64,000 nt of DNA from an uncultured Methanosarcinales archaeon (lineage in GTDB: Archaea > Nanobdellota > Nanobdellia > Woesearchaeales > JACPBV01): assembly GCA_964577685.1 (NCBI GenBank), contig CAZNZT010000005.1:4185-68184 (forward strand), given 5' to 3'. This document shows positions 19,806 through 28,414 of this stretch, in pieces; position 1 is the first letter of the stretch, and every line of letters begins with the position of its first letter. Both the position numbers and the translations under genes were made by a program. A model generated the notes under the pieces. The model was not told the DNA's origin, searched no databases, and saw only the letters and a program-made list of their open reading frames with translations.

Positions 19806-20966
19806 ATGAAAGTAAAAATATCTCCAATATGTCCTGAATCAAGTCTTAACCTAGGTGGTGTTATATTAATAAGGGGAGAAGACTTCAAAGAAGTTCCAGA
19901 TATTCCTGAAGTCAGGAATGCTGTTGATAAGGGGTACTTAGAGGTACTAAAAGAAGAGAAGAAAAAAACAAAAAGTGTGAAAAAAGAAGGTAGCGAGGTA
20001 TTGGTGTTTGCAGAACAAAGAAATAATAAAATTGCTAGGGTTGTTTTTGAACTTTTAGGAAAGGCGAGGGAACTTGCAGATAAATTAAATGTGAAACTAG
20101 CTACAATTCTATTGACAGAGAAAGACAACGGATTATCTAACCAATTAATCCAATATGGTGCTGATAGGGTTTATTTAGCGGAGAACTCCTTACTTAAGAA
20201 CTATCAAACTGAGTTGTATACCAAAGTCATTGTTGAACATATTAAAAAAACAAAACCACAAATAGTAATATATGGTGCAACTAATATTGGGCGTGATTTG
20301 GCTCCAAGAATTGCACAAAGAATAACTACTGGACTAACTGCTGATTGCACAGGATTGGATATTACAGAAGAAGGTTTACTTCTACAAACAAGGCCTGCTT
20401 TTGGTGGAAACATTATGGCACAGATTGTTTGTCCAAAGCATAGACCACAAATGGCTACAATAAGACCTGGTGTAATGAAAGCAAAGGAAAAAGACAAAAA
20501 AAGAAATGGGGAAACAATCAGAGTTGAAGTGAAAATATCAGAAAAAGACAAAAAAACAGAGATCATAAAAATAATTAGAGAAACAAAGAAAAAAGTTAAC
20601 TTAGAAGAAGCGAAGATAATAGTCTCAGGTGGCAGAGGATTAGGAAAAAAAGAAAATTTCAAACTTATAGAAGAATTAGCTTCTCTGTTAAATGCTGAAG
20701 TAGGGGCTTCAAGGGCTGCTGTCGATGCGGGTTGGATTTCTAAAGAACATCAAGTTGGACAAACCGGAAAAACAGTAAGGCCAAAACTTTACCTTGCTAT
20801 AGGGATATCTGGTTCTATACAGCACAAAGCAGGGATGCAAAATTCTGATTTAATCATTGCCATTAATAAAGACCCAGAAGCACCTATATTCCAAATAGCG
20901 GACTATGGCATCGTAGATGACTTGTTTAAGATTGTTCCAGAAATGATTAAGCAATTGAAACAATAA
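19806..20966 (+). CDS. etfA: Electron transfer flavoprotein alpha subunit with N-terminal extension
   Basis: GLTADCT, TRPAFGGN, SGGRG, QVGQTGK and GISGSIQH motifs. Confidence 0.95.
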   Translation: MKVKISPICPESSLNLGGVILIRGEDFKEVPDIPEVRNAVDKGYLEVLKEEKKKTKSVKKEGSEVLVFAEQRNNKIARVVFELLGKARELADKLNVKLATILLTEKDNGLSNQLIQYGADRVYLAENSLLKNYQTELYTKVIVEHIKKTKPQIVIYGATNIGRDLAPRIAQRITTGLTADCTGLDITEEGLLLQTRPAFGGNIMAQIVCPKHRPQMATIRPGVMKAKEKDKKRNGETIRVEVKISEKDKKTEIIKIIRETKKKVNLEEAKIIVSGGRGLGKKENFKLIEELASLLNAEVGASRAAVDAGWISKEHQVGQTGKTVRPKLYLAIGISGSIQHKAGMQNSDLIIAINKDPEAPIFQIADYGIVDDLFKIVPEMIKQLKQ

Positions 20967-20998
20967 ATTTTATAATTAAAAAGCTATTTTTTTCTTTT

Positions 20999-21658
20999 AT
21001 GTTACATCCAATACAAAGGATAATAATTCCCCCTCTACTTAAATTAGTATGGATCAAAAAAATAGAGGGAATAAAAAATATACCCTTAGATGGTAAATTC
21101 GTTGCTACTCCGAATCATCAAAGTTTCTTTGATGATTGGATTGTACCAAGTATAATAGCAGTTTACCTCAATAGAGAACTTCATATGTATGTCAACAGAA
21201 AATATTTTAGAAATCCCTTGTTTAGATGGTATCTTAACCATCATAAGTGCATACCTGTAGAAGTATATAATAGTAAAGATAAAAAAGAAGTAAATGAGAA
21301 GGCATTTTGGATGGCTATGCAATATTTGGAAAAGAATGAGCCAATATGTATATACCCAGAGGGACATAGAAGTAGGGATGGGAAATTACAAATTGGAAAA
21401 CTTGGTGCAGCAAGATTGGCGATAACAGCAAGGGTTCCAGTGTTACCTATTGGCATAATTGGAACAAGAGAAGTATTACCTAAAGGAAAAATAATACCAA
21501 AAATAAAGAAGGTTATAACTGTAAAGATTGGTAAGCCTATTTATTTTAAAGAATACTACGAAAAAGGAGCAAGTAAAAAAATATTAATAAAGGCCACAAA
21601 TAAAATAATGAGAGAAATCGGAAAATTAATAGGACAGAAATACAAAAATGGTGTATGA
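20999..21658 (+). CDS. plsC: PlsC-family glycerolipid acyltransferase 1
   Basis: NHQSFFD (HX4D), IYPEGHRS and PVLPIGI motifs. Confidence 0.9.
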   Translation: MLHPIQRIIIPPLLKLVWIKKIEGIKNIPLDGKFVATPNHQSFFDDWIVPSIIAVYLNRELHMYVNRKYFRNPLFRWYLNHHKCIPVEVYNSKDKKEVNEKAFWMAMQYLEKNEPICIYPEGHRSRDGKLQIGKLGAARLAITARVPVLPIGIIGTREVLPKGKIIPKIKKVITVKIGKPIYFKEYYEKGASKKILIKATNKIMREIGKLIGQKYKNGV

Positions 21659-22277
21659 AATATCAAAAAATACACTTGGTTTGATTGTAAATCTTTATGT
21701 GAAAGAGATAAGGGGGCTAGAGAATGTTCCAAGGAGAGGTCCCTACATAGTTGCAGCAAATCATTCTAGCTATATGGACCATTTAATTTTACAAAATATA
21801 TGGGCAAGAAAGTTTAATTTGGTCCTGCATTTTCTTGCTAAGAAAGAACACTTTGTAGGCTTACAGAAGATATGGCACAAACACTTTAAAGCTATACCAA
21901 TAGACAGAAAAAGAGGAGGAAAAACAGCCTTAAGGAAAGCTGTTAGTCTACTTAAAAGAGGAGAAGTTATTGGTATATACCCCGAAGGCACTAGAACATT
22001 AACCGGAAAACTTCAAAAGGGCAAAACAGGTGCTATTAGGCTAGCCTTAGCTTCTAGGGTCCCAATATTACCTGTAGGTATAATAGGAACATTTGAGATG
22101 TTACCAAAGGGCAAGATAATACCAAGATTTAAAAGGGCAAAGGTTAATATAGGGAAAGTTATGCATTTTGATAAATACTATGGCAAGAAGATTGATAAAA
22201 AAACATTAAGGCTTCTGACTACAAGGCTTATGAAAGAGATAGGAAGACTATGTAAAAAAAGATACATTTTTGATTAA
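21648..22277 (+). CDS. plsC: PlsC-family glycerolipid acyltransferase 2
   Basis: NHSSYMD, FLAKKE, IPIDR and IYPEGTRT motifs. Confidence 0.92.
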   Translation: MVYEISKNTLGLIVNLYVKEIRGLENVPRRGPYIVAANHSSYMDHLILQNIWARKFNLVLHFLAKKEHFVGLQKIWHKHFKAIPIDRKRGGKTALRKAVSLLKRGEVIGIYPEGTRTLTGKLQKGKTGAIRLALASRVPILPVGIIGTFEMLPKGKIIPRFKRAKVNIGKVMHFDKYYGKKIDKKTLRLLTTRLMKEIGRLCKKRYIFD

Positions 22278-23259
22278 AATGGAGGTTTCTGTAATAGGCG
22301 CAGGTGGCTGGGGGACAACCTTAGCAAATCTGTTAGCAGAAAAAGGAATAGAAACTATATTGTGGGCCAGAGAACCAGAAGTAGTTAGGGAAATAGAAGA
22401 AAATAGAACAAATAATCAATTTTTACCAGGAGTTAAACTTTCTATTAAAATAAAGCCAACAAACAATCTAGAGAATGCTGTAAGAGACAAGAAAATCATA
22501 ATTATGGCTATTCCATCACAGTTTTTAAGAGTCATGGCAAAAAAAATAACAGGATATATCAAAACAGATGCTATTGTAGTAGATGTAGCAAAAGGGATAG
22601 AAGAAGGAACATTCAAGAGGATGTCCCAAATACTAGAAGAGGAGTTACCTTCTGGAGTGAGAATAATTGCTCTATCTGGACCGAACCATGCGGAGGAGGT
22701 AAGTAGAAAGATACCAACGGCTACAGTAATAGCTTCAAAGCATTCTGAAATATTAACAAAAATAAAGGAACTCTTAGAAGTAGAGTACTTCAAGGTTTAT
22801 CCACATGATGATATAATTGGAGTGGAAATATGTGGAGCGATAAAGAATATAAGCGCTATTGCTACAGGCGTTTGTGATGGTCTTGGCTTAGGGAATAATT
22901 CAAAGGCTTCTATAATCACTCTTGGTTTAATGGAGATGAGCAAAGTAGGTAGATTTTTTGGAGCAAGGAGAAGTACTTTTTATGGTCTAGCAGGAGTAGG
23001 TGATTTAGTAGCTACATGCATGTCAAAATATTCAAGGAATAGATTCGTAGGAGAAAAGATAGCTGAAGGCAAGAGTCTTGATGAAATAAAAAAAGAAATG
23101 CATGGTATGATTGCAGAAGGAGTAAAAACAACAAAAGCTGTCTATGAGTTATCAAAGAAGGAGAATATGGATTTACCTTTAACAAATCAGGTCTATAAAG
23201 TTTTATATGAAAAAAAAGAGTTAAAAAGTGCAATAAAGGATTTAATAGAATTAATATAG
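22270..23259 (+). CDS. gpsA: NAD(P)H-dependent sn-glycerol-3-phosphate dehydrogenase
   Basis: GAGGWGT, AKGIE, SGPNHA, GAIKN, GLAGVGDL..TC..SRN and AEG motifs. Confidence 0.95.
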   Translation: MIKMEVSVIGAGGWGTTLANLLAEKGIETILWAREPEVVREIEENRTNNQFLPGVKLSIKIKPTNNLENAVRDKKIIIMAIPSQFLRVMAKKITGYIKTDAIVVDVAKGIEEGTFKRMSQILEEELPSGVRIIALSGPNHAEEVSRKIPTATVIASKHSEILTKIKELLEVEYFKVYPHDDIIGVEICGAIKNISAIATGVCDGLGLGNNSKASIITLGLMEMSKVGRFFGARRSTFYGLAGVGDLVATCMSKYSRNRFVGEKIAEGKSLDEIKKEMHGMIAEGVKTTKAVYELSKKENMDLPLTNQVYKVLYEKKELKSAIKDLIELI

Positions 23260-23277
23260 TAACATGACAAACAAGTT

Positions 23278-23880
23278 TTATTCTTCTGTGAAATCTTCAA
23301 TTGTTTCTTTTAACTCTTCATTTGGTTTTAATATCCCTCTGTTCCTGAGATATTCTCTTGCTAATATCCAAAAGAATAAGCCCAAACTCTTTTTTCCTTT
23401 ATTATTACAAGGGATTACTAAATCAATATTATTTGTTTGATTGTTTGTGTCACATAGCGCTACAACCGGGATTCCAACATTTATTGCATCCATTAAAGCA
23501 TTTCTATCTGGCCACGAGTCTGTAATTAATATAACCTTCGCTTCATGGTAGATGTCCAAATTTGGATTTGTCAACATACCTGGGGGGTATCTTCCGGCTA
23601 CGACTTTAATACCTGTAACCTTACCCAACATTCTAACTGGTTTCCATCCATTCTCTCTCCTACTGACAACTAGTATCTCATCTGGCTTATATCTTGAAAG
23701 AAATTTTGTAGCTATTCTTATTCGTTCATCTATTTTTTGTAAGTTCAGAACACTCAACCCATCTGGTCTGGTTTTATAAATAAAATCTTCCATATATTTT
23801 GTTTTGAACTTTGTACCTATATGTATTCCAGACTTTAGATACACATCTGTAGGTACTAAAAATTCTTGTGATTCTGCCAT
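23278..23880 (-). CDS. rps2: 30S ribosomal protein uS2
   Basis: YLKSGIHIGTK, GRYPPGMLTN, ALCDTNN and IPCNNKG motifs. Confidence 0.96.
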   Translation of the reverse strand: MAESQEFLVPTDVYLKSGIHIGTKFKTKYMEDFIYKTRPDGLSVLNLQKIDERIRIATKFLSRYKPDEILVVSRRENGWKPVRMLGKVTGIKVVAGRYPPGMLTNPNLDIYHEAKVILITDSWPDRNALMDAINVGIPVVALCDTNNQTNNIDLVIPCNNKGKKSLGLFFWILAREYLRNRGILKPNEELKETIEDFTEE

Positions 23881-24003
23881 TTTATTGTATTTAAACCATT
23901 TAATTGCTGTCTGCTATTTTTATAACCTCAAGCAGCAATCCTCTTGACCCATAGCCGAGCCAGAGGGTTGGTATTGATTAATAGGGTTATGCTATTATTT
24001 AAA
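23881..24003 (-). promoter_or_regulatory. uS2 promoter and structured 5' leader
   Basis: TTTAAATA at 24003-23996; GC-rich stem-loop at 23936-23970. Confidence 0.5.
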
Positions 24004-24017
24004 AAGGTTACGAAAAT

Positions 24018-24554
24018 TTATTCTTTAGCTTTGAATATAGAGATTTCGCGATATATTGGTCCTTCTCTTGTTAGTGTACTTTCCATTAACTTGAATGAGT
24101 CTATTTTCAATTCTTCTTCATCCACTTTTATACTCTTTAGGTTCTTTATAAATCCTTCTTTATCTTTGATGGACTTAACTCTGCCTATTGTTATATGTGG
24201 ATAGAAGTTTGGTTCCTTCTTGAAACCAAGCTCAAACAAAATATTGTCTATATCTTCCTTTAACCTTGTAGGTTCTTCTTTTGGCCTTACACCAATCCAA
24301 ATAACCCTTATATAACTCTCATTAGGAAATACACCAATATTATCTAAGGTCAAGGAAAATTGACTAAAGTTTATTTTATTCAACCTTTCTTCTATTTGAT
24401 TGACTAGATTATTAGAAACCTCTCCAAGGAATTTTAGGGTTAGATGATAATCAGAAGTTAGTTTTATCTTGGCGATATTTCTATCAAGCCTTTTTTGTAT
24501 TGAACTGAGATTATTTTTTAATGGATTAAAATCTAGAGCAATGAACAATCTCAT
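24018..24554 (-). CDS. thpR: RNA 2',3'-cyclic phosphodiesterase (2H family, ThpR)
   Basis: MRLFIAL; two HxT motifs (HLTLKFLG, PHITIGR). Confidence 0.92.
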   Translation of the reverse strand: MRLFIALDFNPLKNNLSSIQKRLDRNIAKIKLTSDYHLTLKFLGEVSNNLVNQIEERLNKINFSQFSLTLDNIGVFPNESYIRVIWIGVRPKEEPTRLKEDIDNILFELGFKKEPNFYPHITIGRVKSIKDKEGFIKNLKSIKVDEEELKIDSFKLMESTLTREGPIYREISIFKAKE

Positions 24555-24624
24555 CTTCTTAGTGATAGGCCTATGCCGTATAAAAATTATTATAAAATAA
24601 AAAAACAAGTTTTTTATTCAGGAT

Positions 24625-24942
24625 TTACTTTAAATCCTCACCGAAATCCTCAGTATCAACTGGGGCTCCTTCAGTCTTTGTATCCTGTTCTTCCTTTTGA
24701 ATGGACTCGTCTTTTCCTTTTGAGTTACTAACCACTTCTGCAAAACCCATTCTTCTTAATACTCTTGTCACTTTTACTCTAACTTCATCTCCTTTTTTTG
24801 TATTCGGTACAAACAAAACAAATCCATTCTTCTTTGCTATGCCATCTCCTTTCTGTCCAACTGCCTCTATTTTCACATCAAGCTCTTCCCCAACACTAAT
24901 AGGAGCAACAGAACTCCTACCTGAAAAAAAACCTTTTCCCAT
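24625..24942 (-). CDS. Single-TRAM-domain RNA-binding protein with acidic tail
   Basis: APISVGEELDVKIEAVGQKGDGIAK..GFVLFVP; SD AGGTGG before ATG 24942. Confidence 0.88.
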   Translation of the reverse strand: MGKGFFSGRSSVAPISVGEELDVKIEAVGQKGDGIAKKNGFVLFVPNTKKGDEVRVKVTRVLRRMGFAEVVSNSKGKDESIQKEEQDTKTEGAPVDTEDFGEDLK

Positions 24943-25062
24943 ATTTATTTCCACCTTACTAATTTCTTATGATTGTGTTTTTATAGCACAATCACAATCT
25001 TACACAAGATATATGTGTAATATTCTTCAGAAAGAGGGATGAGTATTTAAATGTATTGTTAT

Positions 25063-26619
25063 TTATGTGTTTCTCAATAAAAAATATCTAAATCCCTTTT
25101 CAATAGCTTCTAGGCTTGCTTCTAGTATATTAGTAGAAACTCCAACTGTTCCGAATTCTTCTTTTCCATTTTTAAATTCTATATAAACCCTAACAGAACT
25201 TTCAGCACCTTTATCTTCTGCTATCATTACCTTGTAGTTTATTAGAGAAACTTTCTTTATTTCTTTGTAATTAGTTGCTATCATTTTTTTTAAGGCACTA
25301 TATGCAGCATCTACTGGTCCTCCATTTACTGGGGCTACTACCTCCCTATTTTTTCCGTCTACTGTCCCTGTAATTATACATTCAGAGAACTCACCATTTC
25401 TTTGTTCTGAAAGTATCTTCCATGTTTTTATTTCAAATATTTTTCCCCTTTTACCAAAGAATTCTTCCTTCAGTAGGAATTGTTCTGCTGGCAAAGAGCC
25501 TATATTATAGCCCTTTCTTTCCATTTCCTCAACTTTATTAAGAATCTTTGTAACATTTGGATGGTTTTTATTTATCTTAAGGTTGAATTTTTTTAGGACT
25601 TCTACAACATTGGCTTTACCTGACAAATCACTTAAGATTATATTTCTTTTATTTCCTACTAACTCTGGTTTTATATGCTCATATGAAGCTCCTTTAGATA
25701 TTGCATCCACATGAACTCCTCCTTTATGAGAAAAGGCATTCTTTCCTACATAGGGTTGGTGTGTCGATGGTTTAATATTTGCTAAAGTGTAAACTAAATT
25801 ACTGAGGTATGTTAATTTCTTAAGTTTCACTTGTATAGGGAATTTCTTTTTTAGTACAAGGTTTGGAATTAACTGGCATAAATCTGTATTTCCTGTTCTT
25901 TCTCCAAACCCGTTTATTGTTCCGTGGATTTGTGTTATCCCTAACTCAACAGCTATAAGGGAATTTGCAACCGCACAGCCAGAATCATTATGAAAATGAC
26001 AACCAGTTTCAGATTTTATATTTTCTTTTTTTAAGAATGTTATTACATCTCCAATTATTTTTCTTACTTCAGTTGGTAGGGTCCCACCATTTGTATCGCA
26101 AAAAATTAAACAATCTGCTTCTCTAGCTGAACTTATACACCTAAGGGCATATTCTCTGTTATCTTTGAATCCATCAAAAAAGTGTTCTAAGTCATAAAAA
26201 ACTTTTAAGCCTTTTCTCTTTAGGAATCTTATACTTTCTTCTATCGCCTTAAGATTTTCGTCTTTTTTTGCCTTTAGTTGCCTCTTTACATGCTGTAACC
26301 AAGTTTTTCCAAATATACAAGCAATAGGGGCCTTACTTTTTATGATTGCATTAAGGTTTTTGTCTTCATTCGCTTTTATGTTCATCCTTCTTGTGGAGCC
26401 AAATGCCACTATCTTGCTTTTTTTTAATCTTATTTTTGATATTTCCAAGAACGAGTCTAACTCCTTCTTATTTGAAGCTGGCCAACCAAACTCGATATAA
26501 TCAATACCAAAATCATCAAGGGCTTTAGCTATTTCTATCTTGTCCCTTATAGAAAAACTAATATCTGGGCTTTGAGTTCCATCCCTTAATGTTGTGTCAA
26601 GTATTTTTATTTTCTTCAT
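25063..26619 (-). CDS. cimA: Citramalate synthase (LeuA/CimA family, bacterial-type CimA)
   Basis: DTTLRDGTQ, EHFFDG, CDTNGG, HFHNDSG, GERTGN and HKGGVH motifs; C-terminal regulatory domain GPVDA. Confidence 0.85.
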   Translation of the reverse strand: MKKIKILDTTLRDGTQSPDISFSIRDKIEIAKALDDFGIDYIEFGWPASNKKELDSFLEISKIRLKKSKIVAFGSTRRMNIKANEDKNLNAIIKSKAPIACIFGKTWLQHVKRQLKAKKDENLKAIEESIRFLKRKGLKVFYDLEHFFDGFKDNREYALRCISSAREADCLIFCDTNGGTLPTEVRKIIGDVITFLKKENIKSETGCHFHNDSGCAVANSLIAVELGITQIHGTINGFGERTGNTDLCQLIPNLVLKKKFPIQVKLKKLTYLSNLVYTLANIKPSTHQPYVGKNAFSHKGGVHVDAISKGASYEHIKPELVGNKRNIILSDLSGKANVVEVLKKFNLKINKNHPNVTKILNKVEEMERKGYNIGSLPAEQFLLKEEFFGKRGKIFEIKTWKILSEQRNGEFSECIITGTVDGKNREVVAPVNGGPVDAAYSALKKMIATNYKEIKKVSLINYKVMIAEDKGAESSVRVYIEFKNGKEEFGTVGVSTNILEASLEAIEKGFRYFLLRNT

Positions 26620-26640
26620 TTTTCCGTTTTTGGTTCTTTA

Positions 26641-26690
26641 TTTAACATCTTAATCTTTTTGTCTGCAGTCAGAAAAAGAACTGCAGTCTC
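26641..26690 (-). promoter_or_regulatory. Attenuator-like alternative hairpins after the leader stop codon
   Basis: CUGCAGU/ACUGCAG stem with a U-rich loop; competing UCUUUUU/AAAAAGA pairing. Confidence 0.55.
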
Positions 26691-26773
26691 TAAGATATAA
26701 TAATAGGAATAATAAAGACAACTAATATAATAGAAACAATATTCTTCATTGGTTTATGATTACTGTAAGACAT
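26690..26773 (-). CDS. Putative Ile/Val-rich leader peptide of cimA (MSYSNHKPMKNIVSIILVVFIIPIIIS)
   Basis: Hand-translated. 8 Ile, 3 Val and 1 Leu in the last 16 codons. ATG lies 24 nt from a TATA box; alternative ATG at 26749. Confidence 0.7.
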   Translation of the reverse strand: MSYSNHKPMKNIVSIILVVFIIPIIIS

Positions 26774-26796
26774 ATCTCTGTGAGGGTTTTATTGGA

Positions 26797-26811
26797 TATT
26801 TAAATTTTTTC
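26797..26811 (-). promoter_or_regulatory. BRE/TATA promoter of leader-cimA
   Basis: GAAAAAA-TTTAAATA on the minus strand. Confidence 0.6.
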
Positions 26812-26932
26812 ATTTTTACTCATTTTTATTTTTGCCATTTTAGAGTAGCAAAAAAAGAAAGATTTAAATATGATACTTTATTTCTACTAAAGTCTATAAG
26901 AATTTAAAGAACTTAGAGGAGAACGATGAAAA

Positions 26933-27718
26933 ATGATAGTTCAAAGAGATTTTTTAAATAAGCTAAAAGAATTCGGTTTAAATGGTTATGAAAGTAAAAT
27001 ATGGACAGCCTTGCTTTCTAGAGGGGTTTCTACTGCTGGAGAACTCTCAGATATAGCAGATGTACCAAGGAGCAGAAGTTATGATGTTCTTGAAAGTTTG
27101 GAGAAGAAGGGATTTATAATAAAAAAGATGGGAAAGCCAATAAAATATATCGCAATCAAACCTGAAGAGGCCATAGAAAGGATAAAGAAAAAGATTGAAG
27201 AAGAAACAAAGCTTCGCTTGGAATTAATAGAGAGCTTAAAGTCTGCTGATGTATTTGAAGAACTGAATTTAATGCATAACAGAGGACTAGCATCTATTAA
27301 AGCATCGGATTTAAGTGGAGCAATAACAAATAGGAGGAATATATACAATCACCTTATATCAATGATTAAGAACTCAAAAAAATCAATTACATTGTTCACT
27401 ACATCAGAAGGCATTATAAGGAAGAAAGATATTATGCTAAGGTATCTAAAAAAAGCAAAAGAAAGAGGCGTAAAGATAAGAATTGCTGCACCGATTGATA
27501 ATAAGGCAAAGAGAGAACTATCAGAATTATATAGAATAGCAGAAATAAAAAAAACAAATATAAGGGCGAGATTCTGTATTATAGACGGAGAAGAAATATT
27601 AATTATGCCAATTGATGATGAGAAGATACATCCAAGCTATGATGTAGGAGTATGGATTAACACACCTTTCTTTGCTAGGGCTTTAGAGGGAGCCATAGAT
27701 AGTTACTTAAAGAGATAA
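26933..27718 (+). CDS. TrmB-family transcriptional regulator
   Basis: FGLNGYESK, AGELSDIADVPRSRSYDVLESL; C-terminal RGVKIRI/IIDG domain. Confidence 0.9.
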   Translation: MIVQRDFLNKLKEFGLNGYESKIWTALLSRGVSTAGELSDIADVPRSRSYDVLESLEKKGFIIKKMGKPIKYIAIKPEEAIERIKKKIEEETKLRLELIESLKSADVFEELNLMHNRGLASIKASDLSGAITNRRNIYNHLISMIKNSKKSITLFTTSEGIIRKKDIMLRYLKKAKERGVKIRIAAPIDNKAKRELSELYRIAEIKKTNIRARFCIIDGEEILIMPIDDEKIHPSYDVGVWINTPFFARALEGAIDSYLKR

Positions 27719-27744
27719 CTAAAATCGAAGATGGCTCTTTTTTT
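27690..27744 (+). terminator. Hairpin plus T-tract at the TrmB 3' end
   Basis: GAGCCAT...ATGGCTC followed by TTTTTTT. Confidence 0.45.
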
Positions 27745-27838
27745 GTTTTGTATGTTATCTAACAAACATAAATTCAAAAGATTTAAATATTACTTTAATT
27801 TTATTTAAAGCTATAACAAAAAAGAGGTGCAAACCAAA

Positions 27839-28024
27839 ATGTTAACAATCCAAGAAGTTACCCTTGCCATAATTGTAGGAACATTAGCAGCAATAATATA
27901 CTCCCTGAGGATACTTGTTCTTATGGAGAGAAGAATCGCTAGAATAGAGATGCACATTGAGAGGGTTGTTGAGAGAGTAATGAAAGAAGAACTGAAAATA
28001 GAAAAAAAGCTTAAGAAAAGATAA
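27839..28024 (+). CDS. Small membrane protein
   Basis: SD GAGGTG; one TM helix and a charged tail. Confidence 0.6.
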   Translation: MLTIQEVTLAIIVGTLAAIIYSLRILVLMERRIARIEMHIERVVERVMKEELKIEKKLKKR

Positions 28025-28414
28025 TTATCTTATTAGCTCCTCAAATAGGAGTCCCTTTTTTTCCGCTATTTCTATATTTGTCATATATGCTTTGTCTGTT
28101 TCTTCTAAATCATCCAAAGACAAAAAAAGCCAATCTTTCTTTCTGAATTTTATAGCTATATATGGTTCAGCTCCAAATATTTCAGAGAATGTTTTGAGTT
28201 GTTCAATCTCTTCTTTGCTTATATACTTCCATGGTTTCTTTGCTGTTTTACATTCTATAGCTAATTTTCTTATCTTGTTTGTTGCTAATATGTCTGCAGA
28301 AGGGTATTTCATTGAACCAGAGCCAGCTATCCTTACTGCTGACCATGAGTCACTGCCCCAGAATTTGTGTACAAGTTCCCTTTCAGCATTTATTCCTTTT
28401 GTTTTCCTACTCAT
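28025..28414 (-). CDS. hjc: Holliday junction resolvase Hjc
   Basis: KGINAERELV, VRIAGSG, DILA and AIECK motifs. Confidence 0.93.
   Translation of the reverse strand: MSRKTKGINAERELVHKFWGSDSWSAVRIAGSGSMKYPSADILATNKIRKLAIECKTAKKPWKYISKEEIEQLKTFSEIFGAEPYIAIKFRKKDWLFLSLDDLEETDKAYMTNIEIAEKKGLLFEELIR

Noticed and set aside
13135-20966. Plain beta-oxidation or butyrate fermentation operon
   Set aside because: There is no acyl-CoA ligase, crotonase, (S)-3-hydroxyacyl-CoA dehydrogenase, CoA-transferase or kinase. FabG/FabZ plus plsC/gpsA point to biosynthesis, though the alternative is not fully excluded.
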